Shown: piece by piece, positions 24,467 through 34,679 of the stretch | Layout of the letters: every line of letters begins with the position of its first letter | Position numbering within the stretch: position 1 is the stretch's first letter | From: an uncultured Bacteroidales bacterium | GTDB lineage: Bacteria; Bacteroidota; Bacteroidia; Bacteroidales; JBBRXJ01 | Assembly: GCA_964606415.1 (NCBI GenBank) | Contig: CAZSGN010000002.1 | Span: 1-37,738 of the forward strand | Direction: 5' to 3' | DNA: 37,738 nt | Position numbers and translations under genes: made by a program | Notes under the pieces: model-generated | What the model was told of the DNA's origin: nothing | Database searches by the model: none | Seen by the model: only the letters and a program-made list of their open reading frames with translations

Positions 24467-27283
24467 TAAAAAAATATTTAATGCCTGAGCAGTATAACTT
24501 TTCCCGTTATTTAAAATATCTTCCGGCTGACCCTGCGCCACGATATGTCCACCATACTTTCCCCCATCAGGCCCCATATCAATAATATGGTCAGCCATTT
24601 TAATGACCTCCATGTTATGCTCAATAACCACAACCGTATTTCCCTTATCAACCAATTTGGTCAAAACCCCAAGTAAAACACGGACATCTTCAAAATGAAG
24701 GCCAGTTGTTGGTTCATCCAAAATATACATTGTCTTACCAGTATCTTTTTTCGCAAGTTCGGATGCTAATTTAACACGCTGGGATTCTCCACCAGATAAA
24801 GTTGTAGAAGGCTGCCCCAATGTCACATAACCAAGTCCTACCTCCTGCATTGTTATCATTTTTTTATAAATTGACGGGATATTGGAAAAAAGCTCAACAG
24901 CCTGATTAATTGTCATATTAAGAACATCATTAATTGAATGACCTTTGTATTTAATATCCAGGGTTTCCTTGTTATATCGTCTGCCATTACAAGACTTACA
25001 AGTCACGTATACATCAGGCAGGAAATTCATTTCAATCGTTTGCACTCCAGCCCCTTTACAAGTCTCACATCGTCCACCCGACACGTTAAAAGAGAAGCGT
25101 CCGGGTTTATATCCCCTGATTTTCGCTTCAGGTACCTGAACAAATAATTTGCGTATATCACTAAAAACACCGGTATAAGTAGCGGGATTAGACCGTGGTG
25201 TTCTCCCGATAGGAGATTGGTCAACATCAATCACTTTATCGATCAAATCAAGACCTTCCACTTTTCTAAATGCAAGGGGTTCTTTTTTAGACCGGTATAT
25301 ATCCTGGCTCAATGCCGGATAAAGGGTTTCATTAATAAGTGTAGACTTGCCACTACCAGAGACACCTGTTACACAAATAAGTTTTCCAAGGGGAAAATCC
25401 ACATTAACGTTTTGAAGATTATTCCCAGAAGCTCCTTTTATCGTGAGCACCTTACCCTGTCCCTCTCTGCGTTTTCGCGGAACTTCAATCAACTTCCGTC
25501 TACTAAGATAATCCGCCGTCAAAGATCCGGCCCCTATAATATCTTCGGGAGTGCCAGCAGCAACAACCTGTCCGCCATTCTTCCCTGCTCCCGGCCCAAT
25601 ATCCAACACATAATCTGCACTAAGAATCATATCTTCATCATGTTCAACAACAATAACCGAATTACCAGCGTCCCGCAACTTTTTGAGAGAATCAATTAAT
25701 TTCTGATTATCTTTATGATGAAGGCCAATACTGGGTTCATCAAGAATATACAATACATTAACCAACCTGGATCCGATCTGAGTCGCCAGTCTTATCCGCT
25801 GGCTTTCCCCACCAGACAAACTAGCCGAAGGCCTGGAAAGGCTCAGATAACTTAATCCCACCTCCAGTAAAAACCCTATGCGGCTATTCAATTCTTTTAA
25901 AATATCCCTGGCGATCAATTTTTGTTTATTATTCAATCGTTCGGGCAAATCCTCCATCCATTCAGCCAATTCATCCATTTCCATATTGGCAAGTTCAGCA
26001 ATATTCCGGCCATCAATCAAAAAATGAAGCGCTTCTTTATTAAGACGATTACCATTGCATTCGGGACACCTGACCTGGCTAATATATTTCTCTACCTGCT
26101 CACCCAATGCGTCATTAATAAGATCTCCAAACTGATTATTAAGATAACTAATAACCCCGTCAAAACTCAAGAAATAATTAGAATTAGCCCCTAATGGTGT
26201 CTCTTCCAGGCGAAACATCTGATTTGATCCCTGGAAAATAATCTCCCTGGCTTTTTGAGGAATTTTTTGGAAAGGTGTATCCAGACTGGCTTTATGCTTT
26301 TTTAAGATCGCCTCCAGCTGCCAGAAGATGGTTATGTTTTTATATTTTCCAAGCGGTTCAATAGCCCCATTCCGAATACTCTTTGACTCGTCCGGCACTA
26401 ACTTCTGCTCATCAATCCGGCTAACAGTACCTAATCCATTACATTCGGGACAAGCTCCCCTGGGAGAATTGAAAGAAAAACTATGAGGCGCCGGCTCGCC
26501 ATAACTTAAACCAGTAGTCGGACACATAAGTGCCTTACTAAAATAACTTACCTCCTCCTTTTCTTTATCCATGATCATCAGGTAACCTTTGCCCAGCTTT
26601 AAAGCGGTTCGCACAGACTCTTTTAACCTCTTCTGCTCTTCCCCGCTTACCTTTAAGCGATCAACAACAATCTCGATATGATGATTCTTATAACGGTCTA
26701 CTTTCATGCCATACCTAAGTTCATTTAATACTCCATCTACACGAACATAGATATATCCTTTTTTTCTTATTTGTTCAAATAGTTCCCTGTAATGCCCTTT
26801 TCGTCCTTTAACGACAGGAGCAAGCACATAAACGGGCTTATTTTGAAATCGCTCATTAATCAGTCGAAGAATTTCATCTTCACTGTATTTAATCATTTTC
26901 TCCCCGGTTTTATAGGAAAAAGCTTCACCAGCCCGGGCAAAAAGCAACCTTAGAAAATCATAAATTTCGGTAATTGTCCCAACAGTAGAACGAGGGTTTT
27001 TGGTTGTTGTCTTTTGTTCAATAGCAATCACCGGGCTCAATCCGGTGATTTTGTCAACATCCGGACGTTCGATATGACCAATAAATTTTCTGGCATAAGC
27101 AGAGAGGGTTTCTATATATCTTCGTTGTCCTTCTGCATAAATAGTATCAAAAGCAAGGGATGACTTCCCGCTTCCGCTTAATCCAGTAATCACGATCAAT
27201 CTATTCCGGGGTAAATCAACATCAATATTTTTGATATTATGGACCCTGGCGCCCCATACACTTATCTTCTGATCTTCCTTCAC
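24461..27283 (-). CDS. uvrA: Excinuclease ABC subunit A
   Basis: 940 aa. Two ABC ATPase modules ([18 protein letters not shown]; LSGGESQR twice), Zn-finger cysteines ([14 protein letters not shown]), and an N-terminal [19 protein letters not shown]. Confidence 0.97.
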   Translation of the reverse strand: MKEDQKISVWGARVHNIKNIDVDLPRNRLIVITGLSGSGKSSLAFDTIYAEGQRRYIETLSAYARKFIGHIERPDVDKITGLSPVIAIEQKTTTKNPRSTVGTITEIYDFLRLLFARAGEAFSYKTGEKMIKYSEDEILRLINERFQNKPVYVLAPVVKGRKGHYRELFEQIRKKGYIYVRVDGVLNELRYGMKVDRYKNHHIEIVVDRLKVSGEEQKRLKESVRTALKLGKGYLMIMDKEKEEVSYFSKALMCPTTGLSYGEPAPHSFSFNSPRGACPECNGLGTVSRIDEQKLVPDESKSIRNGAIEPLGKYKNITIFWQLEAILKKHKASLDTPFQKIPQKAREIIFQGSNQMFRLEETPLGANSNYFLSFDGVISYLNNQFGDLINDALGEQVEKYISQVRCPECNGNRLNKEALHFLIDGRNIAELANMEMDELAEWMEDLPERLNNKQKLIARDILKELNSRIGFLLEVGLSYLSLSRPSASLSGGESQRIRLATQIGSRLVNVLYILDEPSIGLHHKDNQKLIDSLKKLRDAGNSVIVVEHDEDMILSADYVLDIGPGAGKNGGQVVAAGTPEDIIGAGSLTADYLSRRKLIEVPRKRREGQGKVLTIKGASGNNLQNVNVDFPLGKLICVTGVSGSGKSTLINETLYPALSQDIYRSKKEPLAFRKVEGLDLIDKVIDVDQSPIGRTPRSNPATYTGVFSDIRKLFVQVPEAKIRGYKPGRFSFNVSGGRCETCKGAGVQTIEMNFLPDVYVTCKSCNGRRYNKETLDIKYKGHSINDVLNMTINQAVELFSNIPSIYKKMITMQEVGLGYVTLGQPSTTLSGGESQRVKLASELAKKDTGKTMYILDEPTTGLHFEDVRVLLGVLTKLVDKGNTVVVIEHNMEVIKMADHIIDMGPDGGKYGGHIVAQGQPEDILNNGKSYTAQALNIFLT

Positions 27284-27361
27284 AAATCAAATAATTATTA
27301 TTAAAAGAAATGCAAAATTAATGATAATCAACAAGAAAAAACACCAACAGCCAAAAAAGTA

Positions 27362-28285
27362 TCAATGAGCAGGGAGCTGAATTTTATATTGTTTCCCATT
27401 CATGACAGTCAACCGATCTGAACGAAGCCACGGATTTAATACTTTTAGCATTTTGTAGTTCGAATTATTTTCTTTGGCAAAAGAGGCAAGATCAGAGATA
27501 GTCGATTTCACAACAACTTCGCGGGTCTGAACAGGATAATAAAGATCCTTATCGCGTAAATGAAACCCATATTTTTGAGGATTTTCGATAATAAGTTTCA
27601 ATGCCAGCAAACGAAAGATGTAACGTTCTGTTTCAGCATTTAAATAAAGATCATAATAATTATCTACTTTTTGTTGATCAAGGCGCTGCTTAATTCTTCT
27701 CATACCAGCATTATATGCTGCAGCAGCAAGCGTCCAGGAACCAAATTCCTCATAAGCATCATGAAAATAATCGCAAGCTGCTTTGGTTGACTTTTGAATA
27801 TGATAACGCTCATCGACTTCACTATTGACAATTAAACCATAATCCACAGCCGTACTTTTCATAAACTGCCAAAATCCGCTTGCCCCGGCAGGTGATATAA
27901 CATGCATAAACCCACTCTCCACGAGTGGGAGGTACTTCATGTCTTCCGGGATATTATTAGCGTCAAGAATGGGCTCAATCAGTTCAAAATACCGGCTGGC
28001 TTTTTTAATAAACAGTAATGTCTGGGACTGCCAGTATGTATTAATCATCAATTCTCTGTCAAGCCTTTCCTTTACCTCGAAATCATTTACAGGCACAGGC
28101 TCACCAGCAAGACAAAGTGTATCCGGCAGAGAAAGTGCATATATACCATAATTCTGAGAAAAAGAATCCTGAAAAACTTTATCATTTTCTTGATTGGTTT
28201 CATAAAAAGCCAGAAAAATAACTGACAAAAACAGAAGCACACCAACAATAATAAACTGATTTTTAACAAAAGCCTTTTTGATCAT
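27362..28285 (-). CDS. Lytic transglycosylase (SLT domain) protein, membrane anchored
   Basis: N-terminal TM. SLT catalytic block YLPLVESGFMHVISPAGASGFWQFMKSTA and AAAAYNAGMRRI. Confidence 0.85.
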   Translation of the reverse strand: MIKKAFVKNQFIIVGVLLFLSVIFLAFYETNQENDKVFQDSFSQNYGIYALSLPDTLCLAGEPVPVNDFEVKERLDRELMINTYWQSQTLLFIKKASRYFELIEPILDANNIPEDMKYLPLVESGFMHVISPAGASGFWQFMKSTAVDYGLIVNSEVDERYHIQKSTKAACDYFHDAYEEFGSWTLAAAAYNAGMRRIKQRLDQQKVDNYYDLYLNAETERYIFRLLALKLIIENPQKYGFHLRDKDLYYPVQTREVVVKSTISDLASFAKENNSNYKMLKVLNPWLRSDRLTVMNGKQYKIQLPAH

Positions 28286-28322
28286 ACCATCCGATTTTCA
28301 ACATTCCACAAAACATCATTTT

Positions 28323-29396
28323 TCACCAATTTAAAAAGAAACCAGAGAAACCAATAACAGCAGCAAAAAAAAGTTTCATCCCTTTTAACAAAAAGAAACT
28401 TTTTCTTGATTCAGCCAACAATGGCAAACCCCCATGGCCTTCTTGTACAATAGAATTAGCAATAAAAACACTCATTGGCAAAGAGCCCCCTACAAACAGA
28501 GTCAGAAACACCAAATGAGGCCCAGAAACAGGAATCAAGCCTATTAACAAGGCCACAATCAACACTTTAACCTGGTTCACTTTGATCCACTCATGCACAT
28601 CAATATACTCAAGAAGCAATTCAATAGCAAACAAAGCAACGATGATCCAAATAAAAATTTTAGGGAAATGTTTCTTAATAATATGCCCCCAAAGATGTTC
28701 ATGAAGAAAATGCTCGGGAACAAGCAATACAATAATAAAAGCAATAAATGATGAGACCATGAAAGTCAATTGAACCCATAACCCATGCATGTCGAGGCTT
28801 CCATGACCATGTCCATGTCCTGCATGAGCTCCTTCTTGATGCGCATGTCCGACATCACCAATAAGCATAAAGAAAATAAACAATGCCAAAAAAAATAAAA
28901 GAATTGCCCGTTCAAAAGTAATATTTTTCAGATGTTTCTTTACATTACTAAAAGAATAGTAACAGCATCCTTCATACTCATCATGCAACTTAAATTGAAA
29001 ATTCTCGGGATGGAAAGAACGCTTTACTCCGAATAAATGGATCAAAAAGCCGAAAACAATTCCCGCAACCATTAATATAGCTGAAACCTGAAGCGCTTTA
29101 AGCGGGTTAAGCCCCAGCAGTATAAAAGCTTCATCACCAAAGGTTGTCACCATCGCAGCAGACAGTGATGCAAAATTGATCAAATGATGTGTATAAAGAG
29201 AAACAACAGCATAAGACCCCATGCAACCAGGAATCAATCCCAGCAAAACACTAAAAAAAAGCTGGGCTGATTTTGAACGATTAAAGAAATTACTCCAGTT
29301 GCCCCGGGATAAAACATTAACATATTCGATAATTAACATCATCACCAGCACAAAACTGGTAATCATCAAAGCCTCTTTAATAATCGCTGCCACCAT
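28323..29396 (-). CDS. Polytopic membrane protein, putative 10-TM metal transporter (ArsP_2 / 'putative manganese transporter'-like) with a His-rich loop
   Basis: About 10 hydrophobic segments. N-terminus IKEALMITSFVLVMMLIIEYVNVL resembles that family as recalled. Central loop GHAHQEGAHAGHGHGHGSLDMHG. Confidence 0.65.
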   Translation of the reverse strand: MVAAIIKEALMITSFVLVMMLIIEYVNVLSRGNWSNFFNRSKSAQLFFSVLLGLIPGCMGSYAVVSLYTHHLINFASLSAAMVTTFGDEAFILLGLNPLKALQVSAILMVAGIVFGFLIHLFGVKRSFHPENFQFKLHDEYEGCCYYSFSNVKKHLKNITFERAILLFFLALFIFFMLIGDVGHAHQEGAHAGHGHGHGSLDMHGLWVQLTFMVSSFIAFIIVLLVPEHFLHEHLWGHIIKKHFPKIFIWIIVALFAIELLLEYIDVHEWIKVNQVKVLIVALLIGLIPVSGPHLVFLTLFVGGSLPMSVFIANSIVQEGHGGLPLLAESRKSFFLLKGMKLFFAAVIGFSGFFLNW

Positions 29397-29427
29397 CCAC
29401 CTGTTTATTATACAACACTAATAAAAA

Positions 29428-29841
29428 TCATTCCACAAGAATCACTTCTTTAGCAAAAAGCCCTTTTTTCGATATCAACTGAACCAAATAGAAACCACCA
29501 TCCAGTTCCTGCCTGTCAAATTCAAAAACATGGTCGCCAGACTGCATTTCTTTCGACTCAACCAAACTCCTAATCTCACGCCCCTGCACATCATATAGTT
29601 TAATCGTAACACGATCATTTTCATCTAAAGTGAAATTAACCGTTGACTCTTTTCTAAAAGGATTGGGATAAATTAATATAGACATATTGTCTCTCTTGAC
29701 TGTAACCATTAAAGTATCCTCAGTAATGCCTGTTAAATTTTTAACATTACTGTCCTGCTCAGCATGGCTATCATCTTTTGCATTCACAGTCATACAAAAG
29801 ACCAAGACAAACCATATTAAACTCAAGAGAAATGCCTTCAT
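29428..29841 (-). CDS. Minimal T9SS cargo: signal peptide, ~35-aa acidic segment and a type A C-terminal sorting domain
   Basis: Signal peptide ...MTVNA|KDD. The CTD pattern ILIYPNPFRKESTVNFTL...VTIKLYDVQGREI...GFYLVQLISK...KEVILVE accounts for most of the 137 aa. Confidence 0.75.
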   Translation of the reverse strand: MKAFLLSLIWFVLVFCMTVNAKDDSHAEQDSNVKNLTGITEDTLMVTVKRDNMSILIYPNPFRKESTVNFTLDENDRVTIKLYDVQGREIRSLVESKEMQSGDHVFEFDRQELDGGFYLVQLISKKGLFAKEVILVE

Positions 29842-30015
29842 CCTTCCTTATATTTAACTATTTGCATCAGAAAATTCCGGCTACCTTTCATGCTTTAAAA
29901 ATTTATTCTGTATTAAAGAATTATAAAAATACAATAAACCTTTCAAAAAGTCAATTAATCAAACAAAAACCTGCACATATTCACAAATTTATATTTTTAT
30001 GCAAAAAAATTTAAT

Positions 30016-30405
30016 TCACTCATTCATAGGAATCTTATTAATTTCCATATCAGTCTCTACACTGTAATCATGAATATCATCCAGCATATCATAATCTTCA
30101 GGATCATAATACCAATTAACCGTCACACCAGCTCCTTTGGTCTTATACTCGTATAAAATTTCAAGCATATAGAGCAACATTTTAGATGAACTGGTGTTGT
30201 AATAGATTAATTTAATATTCAATTCAAAATCACCCTTATCTTCAGCCACATATTGTTTCATCCATTCTAATACGGGCATGTAGAAAGCATTAGGCTCTTC
30301 CATAAAAGACTCACCCTCAATCACTCCCATCCCCATTTCAACACTAAGACGAACAACAGGCGAATAAGGTTCATCAACAATTCTATTTATTACAAGATTT
30401 TCCAT
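30016..30405 (-). CDS. SiaC-like regulatory phosphoprotein (DUF1987 family), paralog 2
   Basis: 129 aa. GESFMEEP...FYMPVLEWMKQY...LNIKLIYYNTSSSKMLL. It aligns without gaps to the 14553 product, with GES[Y/F]ME at 31-36 and N70-T71-S72 in both. Confidence 0.75.
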   Translation of the reverse strand: MENLVINRIVDEPYSPVVRLSVEMGMGVIEGESFMEEPNAFYMPVLEWMKQYVAEDKGDFELNIKLIYYNTSSSKMLLYMLEILYEYKTKGAGVTVNWYYDPEDYDMLDDIHDYSVETDMEINKIPMNE

Positions 30406-30581
30406 TGGCCTAGTCCCCCTGTACTATGAAAAAGAAACATAATAAACATTTCATTCTCCCTATTATTTATTAAACGAACGAGCTCATTTTAAGATAATCA
30501 TCAACTATATCCGGATATATACACAAAAAAAGCTTTGAGGTTATGGTCTATATCAATGCTAAATGAATTCATATAAACCTT

Positions 30582-31115
30582 CTATTTATCATTGTCAATG
30601 CCTATTTTCAGAAAAAACCAGGCACTCTGACCATCACTCATATCAAAAAAATCATATTCCAGTTTACCATCAGCGATTAATGCTGCTTGTATCAACCCTA
30701 CATTGGCACCTGTTTTTTCCTTAATAACCCTTTTCCGGTTATTTCTTTTAAAATCTCTCAATTCCTCACGCTCCAATTGATTAATTTTCATGCAACGATC
30801 GTTCAGGAATTGCTGATTTTTTTTCTCAATAAGATTTCCTGAAACAATATAGTAACTATCATTTTTCTTTTCCAAAGCAAGCATACCAACACCAGCATCT
30901 TTATCCAAACGCTTAATACGCTGCCCGGAATAATGATAAATATTGTGAGAAATCTCAATGAATACACTAATGATTCTTTTTCTAAGTGCAGCCTTCAAAG
31001 AGCAAGCATTAATAAACTCTATAAAAAGAGTTATAACCTGATTATCTACAATCCCCTTGTAAGACCAGACTAAGTCCTGACCCAAAACCTTATGATATCT
31101 ATAATTATCAATCAC
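30582..31115 (-). CDS. Small GHKL-like protein kinase candidate, SiaB-like
   Basis: 177 aa, directly upstream of a DUF1987 gene as in siaB-siaC. EISHNIYHY resembles the N-box (ExxxNxxH) of SpoIIAB/RsbW-type kinases and KTGANVGL resembles a G2-box. The assignment is by architecture and weak motifs only. Confidence 0.55.
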   Translation of the reverse strand: MIDNYRYHKVLGQDLVWSYKGIVDNQVITLFIEFINACSLKAALRKRIISVFIEISHNIYHYSGQRIKRLDKDAGVGMLALEKKNDSYYIVSGNLIEKKNQQFLNDRCMKINQLEREELRDFKRNNRKRVIKEKTGANVGLIQAALIADGKLEYDFFDMSDGQSAWFFLKIGIDNDK

Positions 31116-31195
31116 CGTCAGCTTTACTCGATTAAAAAAAATTCCTTTGTAAATTTAAGCATTTAATAATAAAAAGATTAGGAATAAAATAAAAA

Positions 31196-31210
31196 CCAAA
31201 TTGAGCAATT
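31196..31210 (+). repeat. Fragment of the MITE/REP-like repeat (left terminus only)
   Basis: ccaaattgagcaatt is identical to the left end of the 24324 copy. The match breaks off after 15 nt. Confidence 0.3.
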
Positions 31211-31434
31211 ACCCCCTTCGTTCATAAGCTATAGGTTCTGTTCAATCAAGGAACCGTCTTCCTGGATTGGATCAACTCATCAATCTCATCAATTAAAAGC
31301 CTGGTCAAACAATCATGGATGACATTTATTTGTTTCCATAACTTTTCTGAATTATTATCTTAAAATCTTTCAAACATTTAACAATTTGACCCTATAATAC
31401 ATAAAATAAGCCTTATTCAATGAAAAAATGTTAT

Positions 31435-31442
31435 TATATTTG
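31435..31442 (+). promoter_or_regulatory. Bacteroidota-type -7 promoter box upstream of the GH3 gene
   Basis: tatatttg matches TAnnTTTG, 25 nt upstream of the ATG at 31467 and downstream of the alternative ATG at 31428. This supports the 31467 start. Confidence 0.4.
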
Positions 31443-31466
31443 ATACTCATTTTTCAAGTAAAACCT

Positions 31467-32978
31467 ATGCCATTAATCAATTCTATACTTAGCTGGCTTA
31501 ATTACAAAAGGTTATACCAGATGGACCTCTTTAAAAAACATCCATGCGATGCCCAGCAGGAGGTGCTTTTTAAATTATTACATGCAGCCAGGAATACCGA
31601 ATGGGGGAAGAAATATGATTTTTCATCTATTAAAGATATCGATACTTTCCAAAAGCGCTTGCCTATCCAGGATTACGAAAGTATTAAGCCAGAAATAGAA
31701 CGTCTTATGAGGGGCGAAGAAGACATCATTTGGCCGGGTAACATTAAATGGTTTGCAAAAAGCTCGGGTACTACTTCTGATAAAAGTAAATTTATTCCCG
31801 TCAGTAAAGAGACAATGGAAGAAAATCACTTTCGTGGCGGACGGGATATATTTGCCCTATACATGGCTAATTTCCCGGACAGTCCAATATTTAAAGGGAA
31901 AGGCCTCACCTTAGGAGGCAGTCATCAAATCAACAGATTAAATAATCAATCATTTTACGGAGACCTCTCGGCAATCCTGATTGAAAACGTACCTTTCTGG
32001 ACACACTTTGTCAGAACACCCAGCCAGAAGATAGCCTTAATGGACGAATGGGAACAGAAACTAGAAGAAATTACCCGTACCACAATCAAAGAGAACGTCA
32101 CCAATTTAATGGGTGTTCCTTCATGGAACCTTGTTTTAATTAAGCACATCCTTGATTACACTGGAAAAAACAATCTACTTGAAGTTTGGCCTAATCTGGA
32201 ATTATTCATTCATGGTGGTGTTAAATTTGATCCGTATCGTAAGCAATTCGAAAAGCTGATCCCCTCAGATAAAATGAATTATTTTGAAACTTATAATGCC
32301 TCCGAGGGTTTCTTTGCCATACAAGATGAAGCAGGCAGGGATGACATGCTCCTATTGCTTGATGCAGGCATTTTCTTTGAATTTATTCCTGCGCATCAGG
32401 TGGACACCCCTTCCCCTTTAGTTTATTCGATCAGAGATGTAAAAACAGAAGAAAATTATGCCATGCTCATCTCTACAAATTCAGGACTTTGGCGTTATCA
32501 AATAGGAGATACGGTCACTTTCACCTCTACCTACCCTCATCGCATCAGGATATCAGGAAGAACAAAACATTTCATCAATGCCTTTGGGGAAGAGATCATT
32601 ATTGACAATGCTGAAAAAGCACTAAATGAAGCGTGCAATGCAACAGGTGCAAGCGTAAATGAATATACTGTAGCTCCAGTATTTATGACTGATTGTAGGA
32701 AAGGCTCACACGAATGGTTAATCGAATTTAATAATGCACCATCAAATCATGAGAAATTTTTAGATCAGCTCGATAAGAATCTCCAGAATATTAATTCTGA
32801 TTATGAAGCCAAAAGATATAAAAACATCACCCTTGAAAAGCCCCAATTAAAAATAGCCCCCTCAGGTACTTTTTTCAAATGGCTTGAGCAAAAAGGCAAA
32901 TTAGGAGGGCAGAACAAAGTACCCCGGCTTTATAATAACCGGAAATACATTGATGAATTAATTGGCTTAATCCAATGA
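31467..32978 (+). CDS. GH3 (auxin-responsive promoter) family acyl-adenylate-forming enzyme homolog
   Basis: LFKKHP...QQEVLFKLLHAARNTEWGKKYDF, the adenylation motif FAKSSGTTSDKSKFIPVS, and YNASEGFFA, RYQIGD, ISGRTKHFINAFGEE. Confidence 0.9.
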   Translation: MPLINSILSWLNYKRLYQMDLFKKHPCDAQQEVLFKLLHAARNTEWGKKYDFSSIKDIDTFQKRLPIQDYESIKPEIERLMRGEEDIIWPGNIKWFAKSSGTTSDKSKFIPVSKETMEENHFRGGRDIFALYMANFPDSPIFKGKGLTLGGSHQINRLNNQSFYGDLSAILIENVPFWTHFVRTPSQKIALMDEWEQKLEEITRTTIKENVTNLMGVPSWNLVLIKHILDYTGKNNLLEVWPNLELFIHGGVKFDPYRKQFEKLIPSDKMNYFETYNASEGFFAIQDEAGRDDMLLLLDAGIFFEFIPAHQVDTPSPLVYSIRDVKTEENYAMLISTNSGLWRYQIGDTVTFTSTYPHRIRISGRTKHFINAFGEEIIIDNAEKALNEACNATGASVNEYTVAPVFMTDCRKGSHEWLIEFNNAPSNHEKFLDQLDKNLQNINSDYEAKRYKNITLEKPQLKIAPSGTFFKWLEQKGKLGGQNKVPRLYNNRKYIDELIGLIQ

Positions 32979-33117
32979 ACCTAAAAGATATTTTATTATT
33001 TTTAGGCTAAAATAATCTATGATTTTCTTTTTATTAACACAGGTCAACCAGATTATTAAAGTGCATTTTTTATTCATGCACGCCAGTAATATACAGACCA
33101 TTCAACTTTAAAGCCAG

Positions 33118-33927
33118 ATGACCATACTTGAATTATCCATTCTCACATTTTTTCAATCTTTCGAGCTCCCGGCAGACTCCCTGCAATTCGAAAAGGTTAA
33201 GGAATTCCCACTTTCTTTTAATTACCAGCAATCACTAACAGATCCCTTAGGGAATGCCTATTTTATCCAGGATGAAATATTAATCAAACACATGCCCGGT
33301 AAAAACAAAAAAATCTCTTTCAGTAATTCAGAATTTGGAACAATCAGTTTACTGGACGTATCTGATCCAATGAAATTACTTCTCTATTACAAGGACTATA
33401 ATATGATCCTGTTTTTAGACAATAACCTGTCAGAACTGCTAAGTCCTATATCTCTTGATGATCTTGGACACGAAAACGTCCGGCTTGCCTGCTCATCCAG
33501 GGAAGGAAGTTTTTGGATATACGATGAGCAAAGCGGACAACTTTTCTCATATAATGAAAACTTACATCTAACCAATAAAAGCATTTCAATCCATTCAATC
33601 ACTGAAGGAGAAATAGAGCCCAATCTTTTATTAGAAAGAGGAGAAAAAGTTTATCTGAACATACCTGATTTCGGCATTTTAGTATTCAATCACCTTGGCG
33701 GGTATTTACATACGATCCCCCTTATCAACTTGGAAACATTTCAGATTGACAACCAGAAAGTGGTCTACTACAATGAACACACGGTTTTCGAATACAGCCC
33801 CTTTACACAAGAAACAACTTCATTTGACATCCCGGACACAACAAATGTTACTCATTCAACAATACATAAAGATCAATTATACATCTTTCATAAAGATCAT
33901 TACCAGATCTACCAAATAAAAAAATAA
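33118..33927 (+). CDS. Hypothetical protein (beta-rich, no recognisable motif)
   Basis: 269-aa ORF tightly packed with the downstream kinase gene (8-nt gap), with coding-like composition. An in-frame stop at 33109 precludes a longer N-terminus. Confidence 0.55.
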   Translation: MTILELSILTFFQSFELPADSLQFEKVKEFPLSFNYQQSLTDPLGNAYFIQDEILIKHMPGKNKKISFSNSEFGTISLLDVSDPMKLLLYYKDYNMILFLDNNLSELLSPISLDDLGHENVRLACSSREGSFWIYDEQSGQLFSYNENLHLTNKSISIHSITEGEIEPNLLLERGEKVYLNIPDFGILVFNHLGGYLHTIPLINLETFQIDNQKVVYYNEHTVFEYSPFTQETTSFDIPDTTNVTHSTIHKDQLYIFHKDHYQIYQIKK

Positions 33928-33935
33928 ACAATCAC

Positions 33936-34550
33936 ATGCACATTGCCATTGCCGGAAATATTGGAGTAGGGAAAACATCACTGACCGAACTTCTCACCAA
34001 ACATTTTGGATGGGAGCCCCATTATGAGGAAACAGACAAAAATCCTTTTTTACCAGACTTTTACGAAGACATGCAAAGATGGGCATTCAATCTCCAGATT
34101 TACTTCCTTTCTTCCCGTTTTAAAACCATGCTTGACATCAGACAATCAGGCAAAAATGTTGTTCAGGACCGAACAATCTATGAAGATGCTTATATTTTCG
34201 CGGCCAATCTACATGCTATGGGGCTTATGTCAACCCGTGATTATGAAAATTATCGGTCACTATTTACTTTATTAACCACCCTGGTGCAACCCCCAGACCT
34301 TATCATCTATTTACGGGCTTCGGTCCCAAAGCTAGTCAAACAAATTGAAAAACGGGGAAGAAAATACGAAACCAATATCCGCCTGGATTACCTGAGACGG
34401 TTAAATGAAAGATATGAAGCCTGGTCTGAAAATTATCACGACGGAAAAATGCTAAGAATTGATGTTGATGAACGAGATTTTGTCGAAAAAACAGATGATC
34501 TGAGCTTCATCATGGACCGTATTAACAGCGAAATTCATGGTCTTTTCTAA
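33936..34550 (+). CDS. Deoxynucleoside kinase
   Basis: P-loop IAGNIGVGKTS, plus EPHYEE..NPFLPDFY, DRTIYED (DRS-like) and lid EKRGRKYE. Confidence 0.9.
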   Translation: MHIAIAGNIGVGKTSLTELLTKHFGWEPHYEETDKNPFLPDFYEDMQRWAFNLQIYFLSSRFKTMLDIRQSGKNVVQDRTIYEDAYIFAANLHAMGLMSTRDYENYRSLFTLLTTLVQPPDLIIYLRASVPKLVKQIEKRGRKYETNIRLDYLRRLNERYEAWSENYHDGKMLRIDVDERDFVEKTDDLSFIMDRINSEIHGLF

Positions 34551-34679
34551 AATAATAAATTGTACTTAAAAAGCTCATATTGAATAAATTCCTTCTCACA
34601 ACTACGCCAATTCATTAAAAAACAATTTTTCCGGTTTAAAAAAATAGTCATTTTTATTGGCTTAAAAAATAAACTTATT

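Noticed and set aside
31246-31275. AAGGAAC (reverse heptad) next to the repeat fragment, as evidence of a third minisatellite copy
   Set aside because: It is a single heptad within small hairpins (AGGAA-ccgtc-TTCCT). That is consistent with chance.
32980-33006. Hairpin CCTAAAA-N13-TTTTAGG after the GH3 gene as a terminator
   Set aside because: The stem is almost entirely A/T with a 13-nt loop. It is too weak to call in an AT-rich genome.
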